Shown here: positions 1 through 8,299 of the stretch, in pieces
Numbering within the stretch: position 1 is the stretch's first letter
Layout of the letters: each line of letters opens with the position of its first letter
Source: a virus
Taxonomy: Duplodnaviria; Caudoviricetes
Reading direction: 5' to 3' (one strand)
IMG/VR virus record: IMGVR_UViG_2923682817_000001
Location: 32,001 to 96,000 of that record
DNA length: 64,000 bases
Made by a program: the position numbers and the translations under genes
Notes under the pieces: generated by a model
What the model was told of the DNA's origin: nothing
The model's database searches: none
Seen by the model: the letters and a program-made list of their open reading frames with translations, nothing else

Positions 1-15
1 TTGACCTTGTATTTG

Positions 16-597
16 ATCTTCCCCACTCTCCGGGGCCGAGAGCCGGGAAGCGCAGGGCGGGGATCTCCCCTCCCCTCGCGCAGACCTGGGCCAAAAAAGG
101 CGGTCTACACGAGGTGAGGGGAGACACGGAACTCTCCGTACGCCGCTTCGCGGTCGCTTGGTTGGTCACTCGTGCCGGACCGGGCATTACCACCGGTCCC
201 AGGGCGAGATGTTGTGCAGATCTAGTACCCGGCCCCATCTCGATGGGTCGTCATCCGTAGTACGACTGGACTGCCAGCCCCAGAGTGAGCCTGTCTTAGC
301 GTGCGCTCCCGGCCTCGCGGCGTTCACCCCAGCCCCGGGCCGAGCTCTACCGAAACGGCGGTCGCACCCGAGTACTGAAGCTAGGGAGCCAACCTCTGGC
401 TGCCTACACATTCAGTAAGACCGTTTACCCCCTCTCGGGGGCTCTCTCTACACCCGGTGGCCAAGCCGGTGGGAGGTTACTCATTCCGCCTTTTCCTCCG
501 CTGGCGGGACTGCCATCCACCGAGCCTCGTACGAGGGGCAGGGACTGCGCAGGGGCATGTTTCAGAGGGTGCCCACTCCCCAAAGTTGTTCGACGCG
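16..597 (-). ncRNA. candidate large structured non-coding RNA (unclassified; may continue off the left edge)
   Basis: No credible ORF. At least 10 adjacent inverted-repeat stems (18-50, 64-124, 126-139, 177-199, 205-242, 247-266, 373-417, 428-441, 484-509, 525-536). GNRA loops (GAGA, GCGA, GUAA) read on the minus strand, and a promoter-like element lies upstream. Confidence 0.55.
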
Positions 598-602
598 GCC
601 GA

Positions 603-631
603 AGTTACCAGGTATGGCCAGGTATGTACAG
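603..631 (-). promoter_or_regulatory. sigma70/HrdB-type promoter for the candidate ncRNA
   Basis: Minus strand reads TGTACA-17 nt-TAACTT with TG extension, downstream of the 729-756 terminator. Confidence 0.5.
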
Positions 632-728
632 CTGTTGCCAGCTGCAAGATCGGGGCAGCCTCGCGAGCGACCGCGGCGCCCGAGCGCATCGGGCCGGCCC
701 CCGCACGCGGCCGTCCGACAGACATGAC

Positions 729-756
729 AAGGCCCCCACCACTCGGCGGGGGCCTT
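729..756 (-). terminator. intrinsic terminator-like hairpin
   Basis: AAGGCCCCC...GGGGGCCTT right after the 773-1015 stop. Confidence 0.65.
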
Positions 757-772
757 GCCTACGTCTCGGGAT

Positions 773-1015
773 CTACCGGCGCCGCTGCGCCTTCCTGTGC
801 CGCTTCTGGGGCGTCTTTGGCTTCTCCTCTGGGTACGGCTCCAACCCCATGGCTATACGCCGGGCGTTGTGCATCTTGTACCGAAACCTGAAACCGCCTT
901 GACCGCGTCCACGCGGCTCACGGCACGGTTCGCCGGCCACCGCGGCGCACTTCTGCGCGGTGCAGAACACCGTGCCCCGCTCGTAAGGCTGCTGCGCCAC
1001 TCGTACCGTTCCCAT
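773..1015 (-). CDS. small zinc-finger protein with basic tail
   Basis: C-x4-C-A-x3-G-x2-C...H-x2-R pattern typical of actinophage Zn-finger proteins. Confidence 0.65.
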   Translation of the reverse strand: MGTVRVAQQPYERGTVFCTAQKCAAVAGEPCREPRGRGQGGFRFRYKMHNARRIAMGLEPYPEEKPKTPQKRHRKAQRRR

Positions 1016-1121
1016 GCGGCGATTCTAGCTGGAAGATCGCGCCGGAGCCACGGGGAAACCTGCTCACGAATACCGGAATGGTGTCCATAGACAGGTATGG
1101 CCAGCCACTAACACCTATAAG

Positions 1122-1715
1122 ATGCACATAACATCCACCAAGAACAGCGGAGTACCCGTGACGCATCACACCGGATCCCACTACACGCCCGGCTACGGCT
1201 ACCCGCCTGCACCGGTTCCGTCCCGCCCGGGATTCAGCGGCTTGACCGTCGTCCTCGTCGCCTCTGGAACGCTCCTGTCCGGCTGCTTCGGCGGATTCAT
1301 CATCGGCAGCGTGAGCGGATCCACCGCGGCGGCTCCCTCCGAGCGCACGACCCTCCCGCGGGCCAGCAAGGCCGCCGTGCCGACCCACAAGTCCACCCAG
1401 CCCCAGGCGGCCGAAGCCGAGGGCGAGCCGCGCAAGCCTCGCCCTGGCGACTTCCAGCTCTCGGTTAAGACCCTGAAGCAGTCCTGTTTCAGCTCGGCCG
1501 GCTGCCTCATCACCTTTCGAGTGGTGCCGTCCTACCGCGGGCCGGCCCTGGGTGACCAGCAGTACACCGTCACCTACAAGGTCACCGGCGGTAAGGAACC
1601 GAAGATCGGATCGTTCACGATGGTCGGCGCCCAGCTCTCCTACGACCGCCAGGATTTCCTCTCCACCAACTCCTCCGCGGACCGGCTCGCTGCCGAGGTG
1701 ACCGAGGTTCTCTGA
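1122..1715 (+). CDS. membrane-anchored protein (TM + Pro/Ala linker + CFxSAGC domain)
   Basis: Hydrophobic segment, linker, QSCFSSAGCLITF motif; followed by a terminator; start may be downstream (GTG near 1138). Confidence 0.75.
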   Translation: MHITSTKNSGVPVTHHTGSHYTPGYGYPPAPVPSRPGFSGLTVVLVASGTLLSGCFGGFIIGSVSGSTAAAPSERTTLPRASKAAVPTHKSTQPQAAEAEGEPRKPRPGDFQLSVKTLKQSCFSSAGCLITFRVVPSYRGPALGDQQYTVTYKVTGGKEPKIGSFTMVGAQLSYDRQDFLSTNSSADRLAAEVTEVL

Positions 1716-1727
1716 CCCCTGGCAGCA

Positions 1728-1762
1728 GGAAGGCCCCGCACCAAGCTGGTGCGGGGCCTTCC
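1728..1762. terminator. bidirectional terminator
   Basis: GGAAGGCCCCGCACC-aagct-GGTGCGGGGCCTTCC between convergent genes. Confidence 0.8.
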
Positions 1763-1772
1763 TCGTTCCTGG

Positions 1773-2333
1773 TCAGATGCGGAAGATCCTCGCGGTGCCG
1801 CGCTGGGCAGAGTAGACCCAGTAGTTGCGGTGGCCGGTTGCCTCTTCGTGGTCGGTCTGCCAGGTGTAGGCGACCTGCTCTTCCTCCGACGCCTCCGACC
1901 GCTCGGGGCAGTGACGACACTCGCTGTAGCAGAACGTCACTACGGCCCGATTGTCGGCCATCTTGTCGACCGGCCGCGCGTGGATCACTTCGCCAGCCGC
2001 GTGCACAAGCTCGCCAGCAGGCTCGGCCCCGGGCTCGGGGGCCGGCGGGGACAAGGTGGCGCCGATGGTGGCGGCGCAGTCGGTGAGGATGGTTTCGGCG
2101 AGCTCCTCCAGGGCAGCCACGTCAGCATGTCGCCACTTGGTGCCGGTCAACCCGGGGAGATCGGCCCGCATGAGGTTTCCCGGGGCGCTTCCGGCCGGGG
2201 CGATGAAGAAGACCGGCGCCTTGCCGACCAGTCCTTCCCGCCGGCCCCGCGGGGTGTTCTTCCACACGATGCGACACCCGGGCTTGGGCAGGCCGTCGAC
2301 CTGGACGGGGCGGCCCTTGTCGTCGGTGATCAC
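1773..2333 (-). CDS. hypothetical protein (C-terminal CxxC/H motif)
   Basis: GC3-biased ORF, GTGA-coupled to the upstream gene. Confidence 0.7.
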   Translation of the reverse strand: MITDDKGRPVQVDGLPKPGCRIVWKNTPRGRREGLVGKAPVFFIAPAGSAPGNLMRADLPGLTGTKWRHADVAALEELAETILTDCAATIGATLSPPAPEPGAEPAGELVHAAGEVIHARPVDKMADNRAVVTFCYSECRHCPERSEASEEEQVAYTWQTDHEEATGHRNYWVYSAQRGTARIFRI

Positions 2334-2626
2334 TTCTGGCTCCCGAACAGCTCGCGGCCGTCGTGGACGGTGTAGACGATGCCGCTCAGCGTGAACTGGG
2401 CGTTGATGATCTGGGCCATGGCGTCCCAGGCCCGGCTGTCCATCACCGCGGATCCGCGCCGCTCGGGGAGGTCGACGTACTCGACAAGGACGGCCTTGTC
2501 GGCGTCCAGGAGGGTGCCGATGTAGGGGCAGTGGATCTCCCTCTCGACGGCGTAGAGCAGCCTCAGACGGGCCAAGGCGGCGTCTGCGTCGGTATCGCCG
2601 ACAATGGCTTCAGTGATCTCGTTCAT
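2330..2626 (-). CDS. hypothetical protein
   Basis: Preceded by the CACCGAAGGGAAAT start motif and the operator/promoter at 2693-2716. Confidence 0.75.
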   Translation of the reverse strand: MNEITEAIVGDTDADAALARLRLLYAVEREIHCPYIGTLLDADKAVLVEYVDLPERRGSAVMDSRAWDAMAQIINAQFTLSGIVYTVHDGRELFGSQK

Positions 2627-2692
2627 CCCGATTTCCCTTCGGTGTTGCGTGGTGCGCCGTTCCTGCTGGCGTGCACCAATACTCTCACGTTA

Positions 2693-2716
2693 AGGAATCC
2701 AGCGCAACTCATTCCT
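2693..2716. promoter_or_regulatory. operator AGGAAT-N12-ATTCCT (copy 1)
   Basis: AGGAAT ccagcgcaactc ATTCCT; minus-strand TTGCGC -35 in the spacer. Confidence 0.75.
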
Positions 2717-2802
2717 CAAAGACGCCGTGACCTGGGAAAATGCGGATAATTTATCGATTTCCTAGACAGTGTCAGAGCTACCGCGCCACGCGAGGCGCGG
2801 CA

Positions 2803-2830
2803 AAAGGCCCCGTCGAAAGACGGGGCCTTT
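2803..2830. terminator. intrinsic terminator
   Basis: AAAGGCCCCGTC-gaaa-GACGGGGCCTTT. Confidence 0.75.
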
Positions 2831-3050
2831 CTTCGTACGCCGTGGCCCCGGGGAGTCCCGTACCCGGAACGGCTCATCCCAGAGCCACGAACCCTGGTTA
2901 CCCTCGGCGGTGGCCGGTCAGGGGAAGCGACCGGAAAAGGCGCACGTTATGGGGATGACACACGCCGCGCACCGCCGAGGGTCCGCCGACCAATCAACCT
3001 GCCTATCCCTCGGGCTCACGGTCACCAACCGGCCGGCGGAGTCTTGTGGG

Positions 3051-3446
3051 TCAGTACATGAACAGGAACCAGACGGTGCGGCCCTTGGCGCCGGCCTCTT
3101 CTCGAACCCCCCAGGCCTCCGACCGATCGCTCAGCAACTTCATGCCTCGGCCGCTCTCGGCGAGCTCGTCGACTTCGAGCACCTGCGGCGCCGACGACTC
3201 CGATCCGTCGTCGCGGACTTCGACGAGCACGTAGTCCGGACCGGTCTCCAGTCCGACGGCGACTTGCCCACCGTTTCCGGAACGCGTGTGGCGAACCGCG
3301 TTGGTAACGAGCTCGGAGACCGCCAGCACGAGGTCATCATGTAACGGGTGTTCGCTGCTGATCAGATCTCGCACCCAGTCGCGCGCCTGGCCGGGGGCCT
3401 GCGTTCCGCCCGGAACCTGGTACTCGGAAAGCAGTCCGATCATCAT
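3051..3446 (-). CDS. ATP-binding protein, HATPase_c/RsbW-like (AbaA-like anti-sigma-type)
   Basis: SELVTNAVRH, VEVRDDG, ESGRGMKL and TVWF GHKL motifs; divergent from the XRE gene. Confidence 0.9.
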   Translation of the reverse strand: MMIGLLSEYQVPGGTQAPGQARDWVRDLISSEHPLHDDLVLAVSELVTNAVRHTRSGNGGQVAVGLETGPDYVLVEVRDDGSESSAPQVLEVDELAESGRGMKLLSDRSEAWGVREEAGAKGRTVWFLFMY

Positions 3447-3654
3447 ACTTCGACCCTTTCGCCAGCCCCGATTTCGCTCAATGGTCAGCCCAAGGAGGCC
3501 CCATCCAGGCGAGAGCGCGAACGCCCAACATGCGGTGGAGGACCCGTTACTCTCGATCGTGACGGTTCGACACGCCCATGTAAAGCCGTTCGATCGGAAC
3601 GGTTCGAGTGACTTACGTTCCAAATCCAGGCAAAGGGTGCAGAAGGGGTGCGGT

Positions 3655-4512
3655 ATGGGTGGTAGATCAAGCCCGACCATCGGGCGGCGGCAGCTCGCTG
3701 GAGAACTCCGCAGGCTACGTACGGCAGCCAAGATGACTCGCGAGGATGTAGCCGAGCAGCTCGACTGCGCGCCGGCCACCGTCACGAAGTTCGAGAACGC
3801 AACGGCCGCGGTCAGCGTGGCCACAGTCGCAATGCTCATGGAGATCTACGGCGTCGCCGGCCCCGCTCGCGACGACATGCTGAAGCTTGCCCGCGAGGCC
3901 CGCCAGCGTGGATGGTGGCACCAGTACAGCCGAGCGATCCCAGCATGGTTTTCCGTCTACGTCGGCCTGGAGGAAGCAGCATCGGAGATCAGCTCCTGGC
4001 ACCCCGAAGTGCTTGACGGCCGACTTCAGACCGAAAGCTACATGCGCGCCCTGATCAGCGCCGAGCTGCCAGTCCCCGACGCCTCGGAGATCGACCGCCG
4101 GGTGGCCGTACGACTCAAGCGCCAGGAACGCCTACACGAATCCGAACCGCTCAGCCTCTGGGTCGTCATCGGCGAGGCCGCGCTGCGCCGGCTGGTCGGC
4201 GGCCCCGAAACCATGCGCGAACAGCTCGAACACCTTGTGCAGCAGTCCCTACTGAACAACGTGACCATTCAGGTTCTTCCGTACAAGACCGGCGCCTACC
4301 CCGGCATGCACGGCGGATTTCACCTGCTCCGCTTCCCAGAAGCCACCGGGGACGCCATCGTGTACGTTGAATACCAGCAGGGGTCCATTTACCTGGAGAA
4401 GAAGCCAGACGTGGCCTCCTATGATCGTCTCTTCGACCACCTCGTGGCCAGGGCTCTCGGCCCGGACGAATCCCGTGCCATGATCACGCAGGTGGCCGAG
4501 GAATACTCGTAG
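3655..4512 (+). CDS. XRE-family HTH regulator with DUF5753 domain (WhiJ/Scr1-like)
   Basis: RRQLAGELRRLR HTH, GWW, LQTESY, LWVVIGEAAL, QVLP and VYVE motifs; about 285 aa. Confidence 0.92.
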   Translation: MGGRSSPTIGRRQLAGELRRLRTAAKMTREDVAEQLDCAPATVTKFENATAAVSVATVAMLMEIYGVAGPARDDMLKLAREARQRGWWHQYSRAIPAWFSVYVGLEEAASEISSWHPEVLDGRLQTESYMRALISAELPVPDASEIDRRVAVRLKRQERLHESEPLSLWVVIGEAALRRLVGGPETMREQLEHLVQQSLLNNVTIQVLPYKTGAYPGMHGGFHLLRFPEATGDAIVYVEYQQGSIYLEKKPDVASYDRLFDHLVARALGPDESRAMITQVAEEYS

Positions 4513-4541
4513 CACTACCAGCAGAAGGGTGCAGGTGACCT

Positions 4542-4796
4542 ATGGCACCGAAGCAGTGGCGTAAGGGCAGTCTCAGCGGCAACGGCGGCGCGGACTGCGT
4601 CGAAGTGGCGGTCGTTCCCGGCAACGACCCCGAGGTGGCCGAGAACAAGGCCGGTGAGCCCATCGTCTACCTCGTCCGCGACTCCAAGAACCCCGAGGCA
4701 GCCCCGCTGTCGTTCGACAAGCGCGAGTGGGCCGCATTCATCGGCTCGGTGAAGCTCGGCGAGTTCGACCCCGAGGCGGAGCCGGCGACCGTCTGA
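4542..4796 (+). CDS. DUF397 (BldB/Scr2-like) protein 1
   Basis: WRKGSLS..CVEVA..VRDSKNP..EWAAFI..GEFD. Confidence 0.9.
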   Translation: MAPKQWRKGSLSGNGGADCVEVAVVPGNDPEVAENKAGEPIVYLVRDSKNPEAAPLSFDKREWAAFIGSVKLGEFDPEAEPATV

Positions 4797-4807
4797 TCAG
4801 CTCGTTG

Positions 4808-4840
4808 ATAGGCCCTCCCCGGGATCCGGGGAGGGCCTAT
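4808..4840. terminator. intrinsic terminator
   Basis: ATAGGCCCTCCCGG/CCGGGAGGGCCTAT stem. Confidence 0.75.
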
Positions 4841-4974
4841 CTATTTGGAACGGAACCTATGTGGGAGATTTCCGGAACGGTTCGATCCGAACTTGTTACC
4901 TTGAACGGATAGTCCGTAGTCGCTCGTGGCCGTAGCGTCATGGGCGACCGATCACCAACACGGAGGTGTGCACC

Positions 4975-5193
4975 ATGTCTGCCAGAGAAGCCGAGGTTAC
5001 TGTTGAGGTCGTCCCGGGAGACCACCCGTCCGTCCCCCCTCACAAGCGCGGAACCGACGCGCAGATCTGGCTCGTCATCGTCGGCAATGAGGGGCTGCTG
5101 GCCTTCAACAAGGCCGAATGGACGGCCTTCATCGGCGGCGTCAAGGACGGCGAGTTCGACATCGAAGACGCTGACGAGCTGACGACCGTCTAA
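4975..5193 (+). CDS. DUF397-like protein 2, lacking the N-terminal WRKS..C motif
   Basis: LAFNKAEWTAFIGGVKDGEFD C-terminal half; GGAGG RBS. Confidence 0.75.
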   Translation: MSAREAEVTVEVVPGDHPSVPPHKRGTDAQIWLVIVGNEGLLAFNKAEWTAFIGGVKDGEFDIEDADELTTV

Positions 5194-5236
5194 CCGCACA
5201 CGTCCGTACACAACCCCATCAGTGAGGAGCAAGACC

Positions 5237-5437
5237 ATGGATCTGACCGGTGCGAAGTGGCGCAAGAGCAGCCGCAGCAACGGCAACGGCGGCGAGTGCG
5301 TCGAAGTGGCCGACAACCTCCCCGGCGTCGTCGGCGTGCGTGACTCCACGGACCCGAGCGGGCCGGCCCTGGCCGTCAGCCGCCCGTCCTGGGGCGCCTT
5401 CATCCGCGCCGCGAAGTCGGGCATGTACGACGCCTGA
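5237..5437 (+). CDS. DUF397 protein 3
   Basis: WRKSSRSNGNGGECVEVA..VRDSTDP..WGAFI. Confidence 0.92.
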   Translation: MDLTGAKWRKSSRSNGNGGECVEVADNLPGVVGVRDSTDPSGPALAVSRPSWGAFIRAAKSGMYDA

Positions 5438-5502
5438 TGACCGATAAGCGGAGACCCTCCCCGATGAAGGCGGGGAGGGTCTCACAGAGCGAGGATACCC
5501 AC

Positions 5503-5700
5503 ATGCACAAGTACGCTGGCGCCCTCTGGCGCAAGAGCCGGCGCAGCACCAACGGCGGAGACTGCGTCGAAGTGGCGGTCGTTCCCGACGCCGTCGGCCT
5601 CCGGGACTCCACGGACCCGCACGGACCTGTGCTGGACCTCACCCGGGAGCAGTGGCACCGCTTCGCCCGTTCCGTGAAGGCCGGCGAGCACGACGTCTGA
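5503..5700 (+). CDS. DUF397 protein 4
   Basis: WRKSRRSTNGGDCVEVA..LRDSTDP..WHRF; hairpin 5450-5482 upstream. Confidence 0.9.
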   Translation: MHKYAGALWRKSRRSTNGGDCVEVAVVPDAVGLRDSTDPHGPVLDLTREQWHRFARSVKAGEHDV

Positions 5701-5718
5701 CCCCGTCTTAAAAGCGGG

Positions 5719-5757
5719 AGACCCCGAGCGAGTGGAATTCCACTCGCTCGGGGTCTT
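5719..5757. terminator. bidirectional terminator
   Basis: AGACCCCGAGCGAGTGGAATTCCACTCGCTCGGGGTCT palindrome between convergent genes. Confidence 0.8.
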
Positions 5758-5763
5758 TTGTTC

Positions 5764-6480
5764 CTACAGTCTCTCCCCGTTCTCCAGCATGCGCCAGACC
5801 GCCTCCAGCTCGGCCGGCGTCTTGGTCGACAGCTCGATCAGCTGGTCAGCATCACGCAGCCGCTGCCAGAGCGGATACGACCGCCGAGCCAGGACCAGGC
5901 GCGGCCTACCCTCATGCCGGCCCATCTCCAGCAGCCACCCGTCCTCACCAACCGGCCGCTCGGCGGCCAGGTAGTAGTACTGAGAGACGGAGTTCCAACC
6001 GACGGTCGCGTCCCAACCGTTCTTCACCACGACCCGCGCCACGGCAGAGACCTCGCCCCACCAGTCCGCGGACACATCGCCCGAGGGAGCCGTCCCCTCC
6101 TCCCCGCGGACCAGCGGCGTGCACCGGCCGTCCTCGTCGATCTCCCACAGCCCCGGGCCGGGAAGGAAGTACTGCCGGTTGTCGGCGGAGAAGGCAACGA
6201 CCAAGCCGAGCTCGTCCTTGATTGCCTGACGGGCCGCGGCCGGCGACGGGATGTGCTGACGCACCCGGGCGATCACCGCTACGCCGAAGTTTCGGATGTC
6301 GCTAAGTTCTTTGTCAGTCAGCTTGGCCGCCTCGGCCACGGTCAGTGCGCCGGCGCCGGCGACCAGCCCGCTAGTCGCCCGATGGCCGATGTTGTCGTGG
6401 CCGAGCAAGTCAGCGAGCTCGCGCGCCACATCCGCTCGGCAGCTGAGGCTCAAGCAACGGGTAACCGTGGTCTCGCTCAC
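5764..6480 (-). CDS. protein with RNA polymerase alpha-CTD-like (HhH) domain + unknown C-terminal domain
   Basis: LTVAEAAKLTDKELSDIRNFGVAVIARV matches the alpha-CTD pattern; GTGA-coupled start. Confidence 0.75.
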   Translation of the reverse strand: MSETTVTRCLSLSCRADVARELADLLGHDNIGHRATSGLVAGAGALTVAEAAKLTDKELSDIRNFGVAVIARVRQHIPSPAAARQAIKDELGLVVAFSADNRQYFLPGPGLWEIDEDGRCTPLVRGEEGTAPSGDVSADWWGEVSAVARVVVKNGWDATVGWNSVSQYYYLAAERPVGEDGWLLEMGRHEGRPRLVLARRSYPLWQRLRDADQLIELSTKTPAELEAVWRMLENGERL

Positions 6481-7025
6481 TCGCCTGCCTCCAGGTCCAG
6501 GCGCTTCGTGTAGTCCTCGATCGCCGCGTCCAGCTCGTTGCCGGCCAGCTCGACTGAGCCGTCCGGGCCAATCACTGACCGAGGGGTCAAGGTCCCGCTG
6601 TCCAGGCCGGCCCACAGCCGCCCCAGTGCCTCGGCGCGCGTGGCGAAGTCGTCTTCGGTCTCCACTTTGTGGTGTCGGAAGTAGGTGACCGACCACGGCC
6701 CCTTGGCCCTACCCGTCTCGACGACCGCGGCCCCGAGCTTCACCCTCTTCTCCCAGATCTGGGCCAGCCGGTCGGAGTCCTTGCCGGCTAGCCGGATCAT
6801 GTCGTAGGTGCCGGTCGCCTTGATGTACCGGCCGCCGGCCAGGTCGACCAGCCGTTCCTCTACCACCGGGACGTCGTCAACCAGCTCCAGCGCCCAGTTC
6901 CCGCGCTCGCCGCGCAGGTAGCACTTGGACCGGTTGCCCGTGATGGTGACGTCCCAACCGTGCTTGACCAGGGCGTCCGCGATCGGGAAGATGCCCGCCC
7001 ACTCGCTCGTCTCGAAGTCGCTCAC
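6477..7025 (-). CDS. hypothetical protein; N-terminal domain paralogous to the C-terminus of 5764-6480
   Basis: LVKHGWDVTI..YLRGERGNWALEL vs VVKNGWDATV..YLAAER..GWLLEM. Confidence 0.75.
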   Translation of the reverse strand: MSDFETSEWAGIFPIADALVKHGWDVTITGNRSKCYLRGERGNWALELVDDVPVVEERLVDLAGGRYIKATGTYDMIRLAGKDSDRLAQIWEKRVKLGAAVVETGRAKGPWSVTYFRHHKVETEDDFATRAEALGRLWAGLDSGTLTPRSVIGPDGSVELAGNELDAAIEDYTKRLDLEAGE

Positions 7026-7744
7026 AGCAGGTCCCCGTCCGTCTCGAAGGTCTCGACGACAAGGCGCGTGCTACCAACGCAGGCACCCATGCCGTCACCC
7101 GACATGTAGACGGCGTCGTCCGGCAGCAGCTCGGCGAAGTGGCGCTCACCGAGCTGTTCGACAGAGCAGTCAGCCATCTGCCGCACTTCCAGGCCCGGCC
7201 AGTTCTTGGAGAAGTACGTCCAGAGCATCTCCCGCAGCCGCGCGGGCGACGACGCGACACCGACCGGCGACAAGATCTCAGGGCCAACGCACCAGCCCTC
7301 GGTCTGCATGATCACGTAAGACTTGCCTGGCTCGCCAGTATGGAGGGCGCTATTGACCGGCTCCTGCTCCCAGGCCCTGATGTCAGAGGATCCCGCCTCG
7401 GCCATGCGCCGCACGAGGTCCAGAGAGTACGTGGCGAGGCGGGGCCGGTCGTCCTTGACGAAGTCGGCGTGCTTCGGCTCCTGCTCAACGACCTCGACCG
7501 GCGGGTAGGTCCTGTGGCCGATCGCGATACGGATCCTCGCCAGATTGTGGGGTCCGAACAGCTTCAGGTCGACCAGCTCGCCGTTGCTGAGGTTGGCCAG
7601 CCGCTGCAGCGTCGTGATCTTTTCGCGAACCAGCTTGTTGAGAATCGTGTGGCCCAGACGGTCGTGTCCGAGGGCCTCGCCGAGCTCAGGAGCCCTCTCG
7701 TACAGGCAGGCCCCGTTAGGGCAGGGGGTGTCGGTGCTGATCAC
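7022..7744 (-). CDS. protein with alpha-CTD-like domain + C-terminal domain shared with 7741-8280
   Basis: ILNKLVREKITTLQRLANLSNGELVDLKLFGPHNLARI. Confidence 0.8.
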   Translation of the reverse strand: MISTDTPCPNGACLYERAPELGEALGHDRLGHTILNKLVREKITTLQRLANLSNGELVDLKLFGPHNLARIRIAIGHRTYPPVEVVEQEPKHADFVKDDRPRLATYSLDLVRRMAEAGSSDIRAWEQEPVNSALHTGEPGKSYVIMQTEGWCVGPEILSPVGVASSPARLREMLWTYFSKNWPGLEVRQMADCSVEQLGERHFAELLPDDAVYMSGDGMGACVGSTRLVVETFETDGDLL

Positions 7745-8280
7745 TGCAGCTCCCCGTCCATCTCGTAGCCGATGATGTGGAAGGCGCTGTAGCCGACGAA
7801 GGCCGCCATGCCGTCGGCCGACAGGGTGATGACGTCGATGGGACGCCGGCCCTTGAGGTGCTGGGCGTGCAGCTCCTGCTCCTTGTCCGCGGTCTGCACG
7901 ATGGTCTTGCCCGGGTACTCGCGCAGGAGGTACTCGCCGAGCCGCTCCTTGGCCTTCTGCCGGGAGCTGGCGACGCCGATCACGTAGTCCCTGAGCGACT
8001 CGTCGGAGTCAGGACTGCTCTCGCCGAAGACGATGACGTAGGCCTTCGTGGAGTCGTCGATCTCCTGCTCGATCCCGTACTCAGCCACGAGCCGCTGCGT
8101 GTAGACGCTCTGCCTTGCGAGCACGTCGGGGTTGGCGCGCAGGTACTCGACGACCTGCCGGTAGGCGACCTGGTCCCGGGAGCTCGTCGTGGAGGCCGGC
8201 GGGTTGTAGAGCAGGACGGGGACGTCGGCGCACGGGTTGCTGGAGTAGGTGGGGGGATCGTTGTTCTCGGTGGATCTCAT
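7741..8280 (-). CDS. hypothetical protein (possibly leaderless)
   Basis: GC3 bias begins at ATG 8280; AATAAT ends 6 nt upstream; C-terminal VIGVASS..ADGM..VG..DG domain. Confidence 0.7.
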   Translation of the reverse strand: MRSTENNDPPTYSSNPCADVPVLLYNPPASTTSSRDQVAYRQVVEYLRANPDVLARQSVYTQRLVAEYGIEQEIDDSTKAYVIVFGESSPDSDESLRDYVIGVASSRQKAKERLGEYLLREYPGKTIVQTADKEQELHAQHLKGRRPIDVITLSADGMAAFVGYSAFHIIGYEMDGELQ

Positions 8281-8299
8281 GGGGCCATTATTCCGTGTC

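Noticed and set aside
280-370. GTGCGAC and GCACGCTAAG on the minus strand resembling a group II 5' end or group IE intron core
   Set aside because: No domain V or matching P7 partner found and no interrupted gene; left as unclassified RNA
158-902. Short ORFs over the 1-700 region
   Set aside because: No RBS or GC3 bias and they overlap each other; dense pairing fits RNA better
4860-4895. GGTTCGATCC resembling a tRNA T-arm or an SOS box
   Set aside because: No cloverleaf, and it does not fit TCGAAC-N4-GTTCGA
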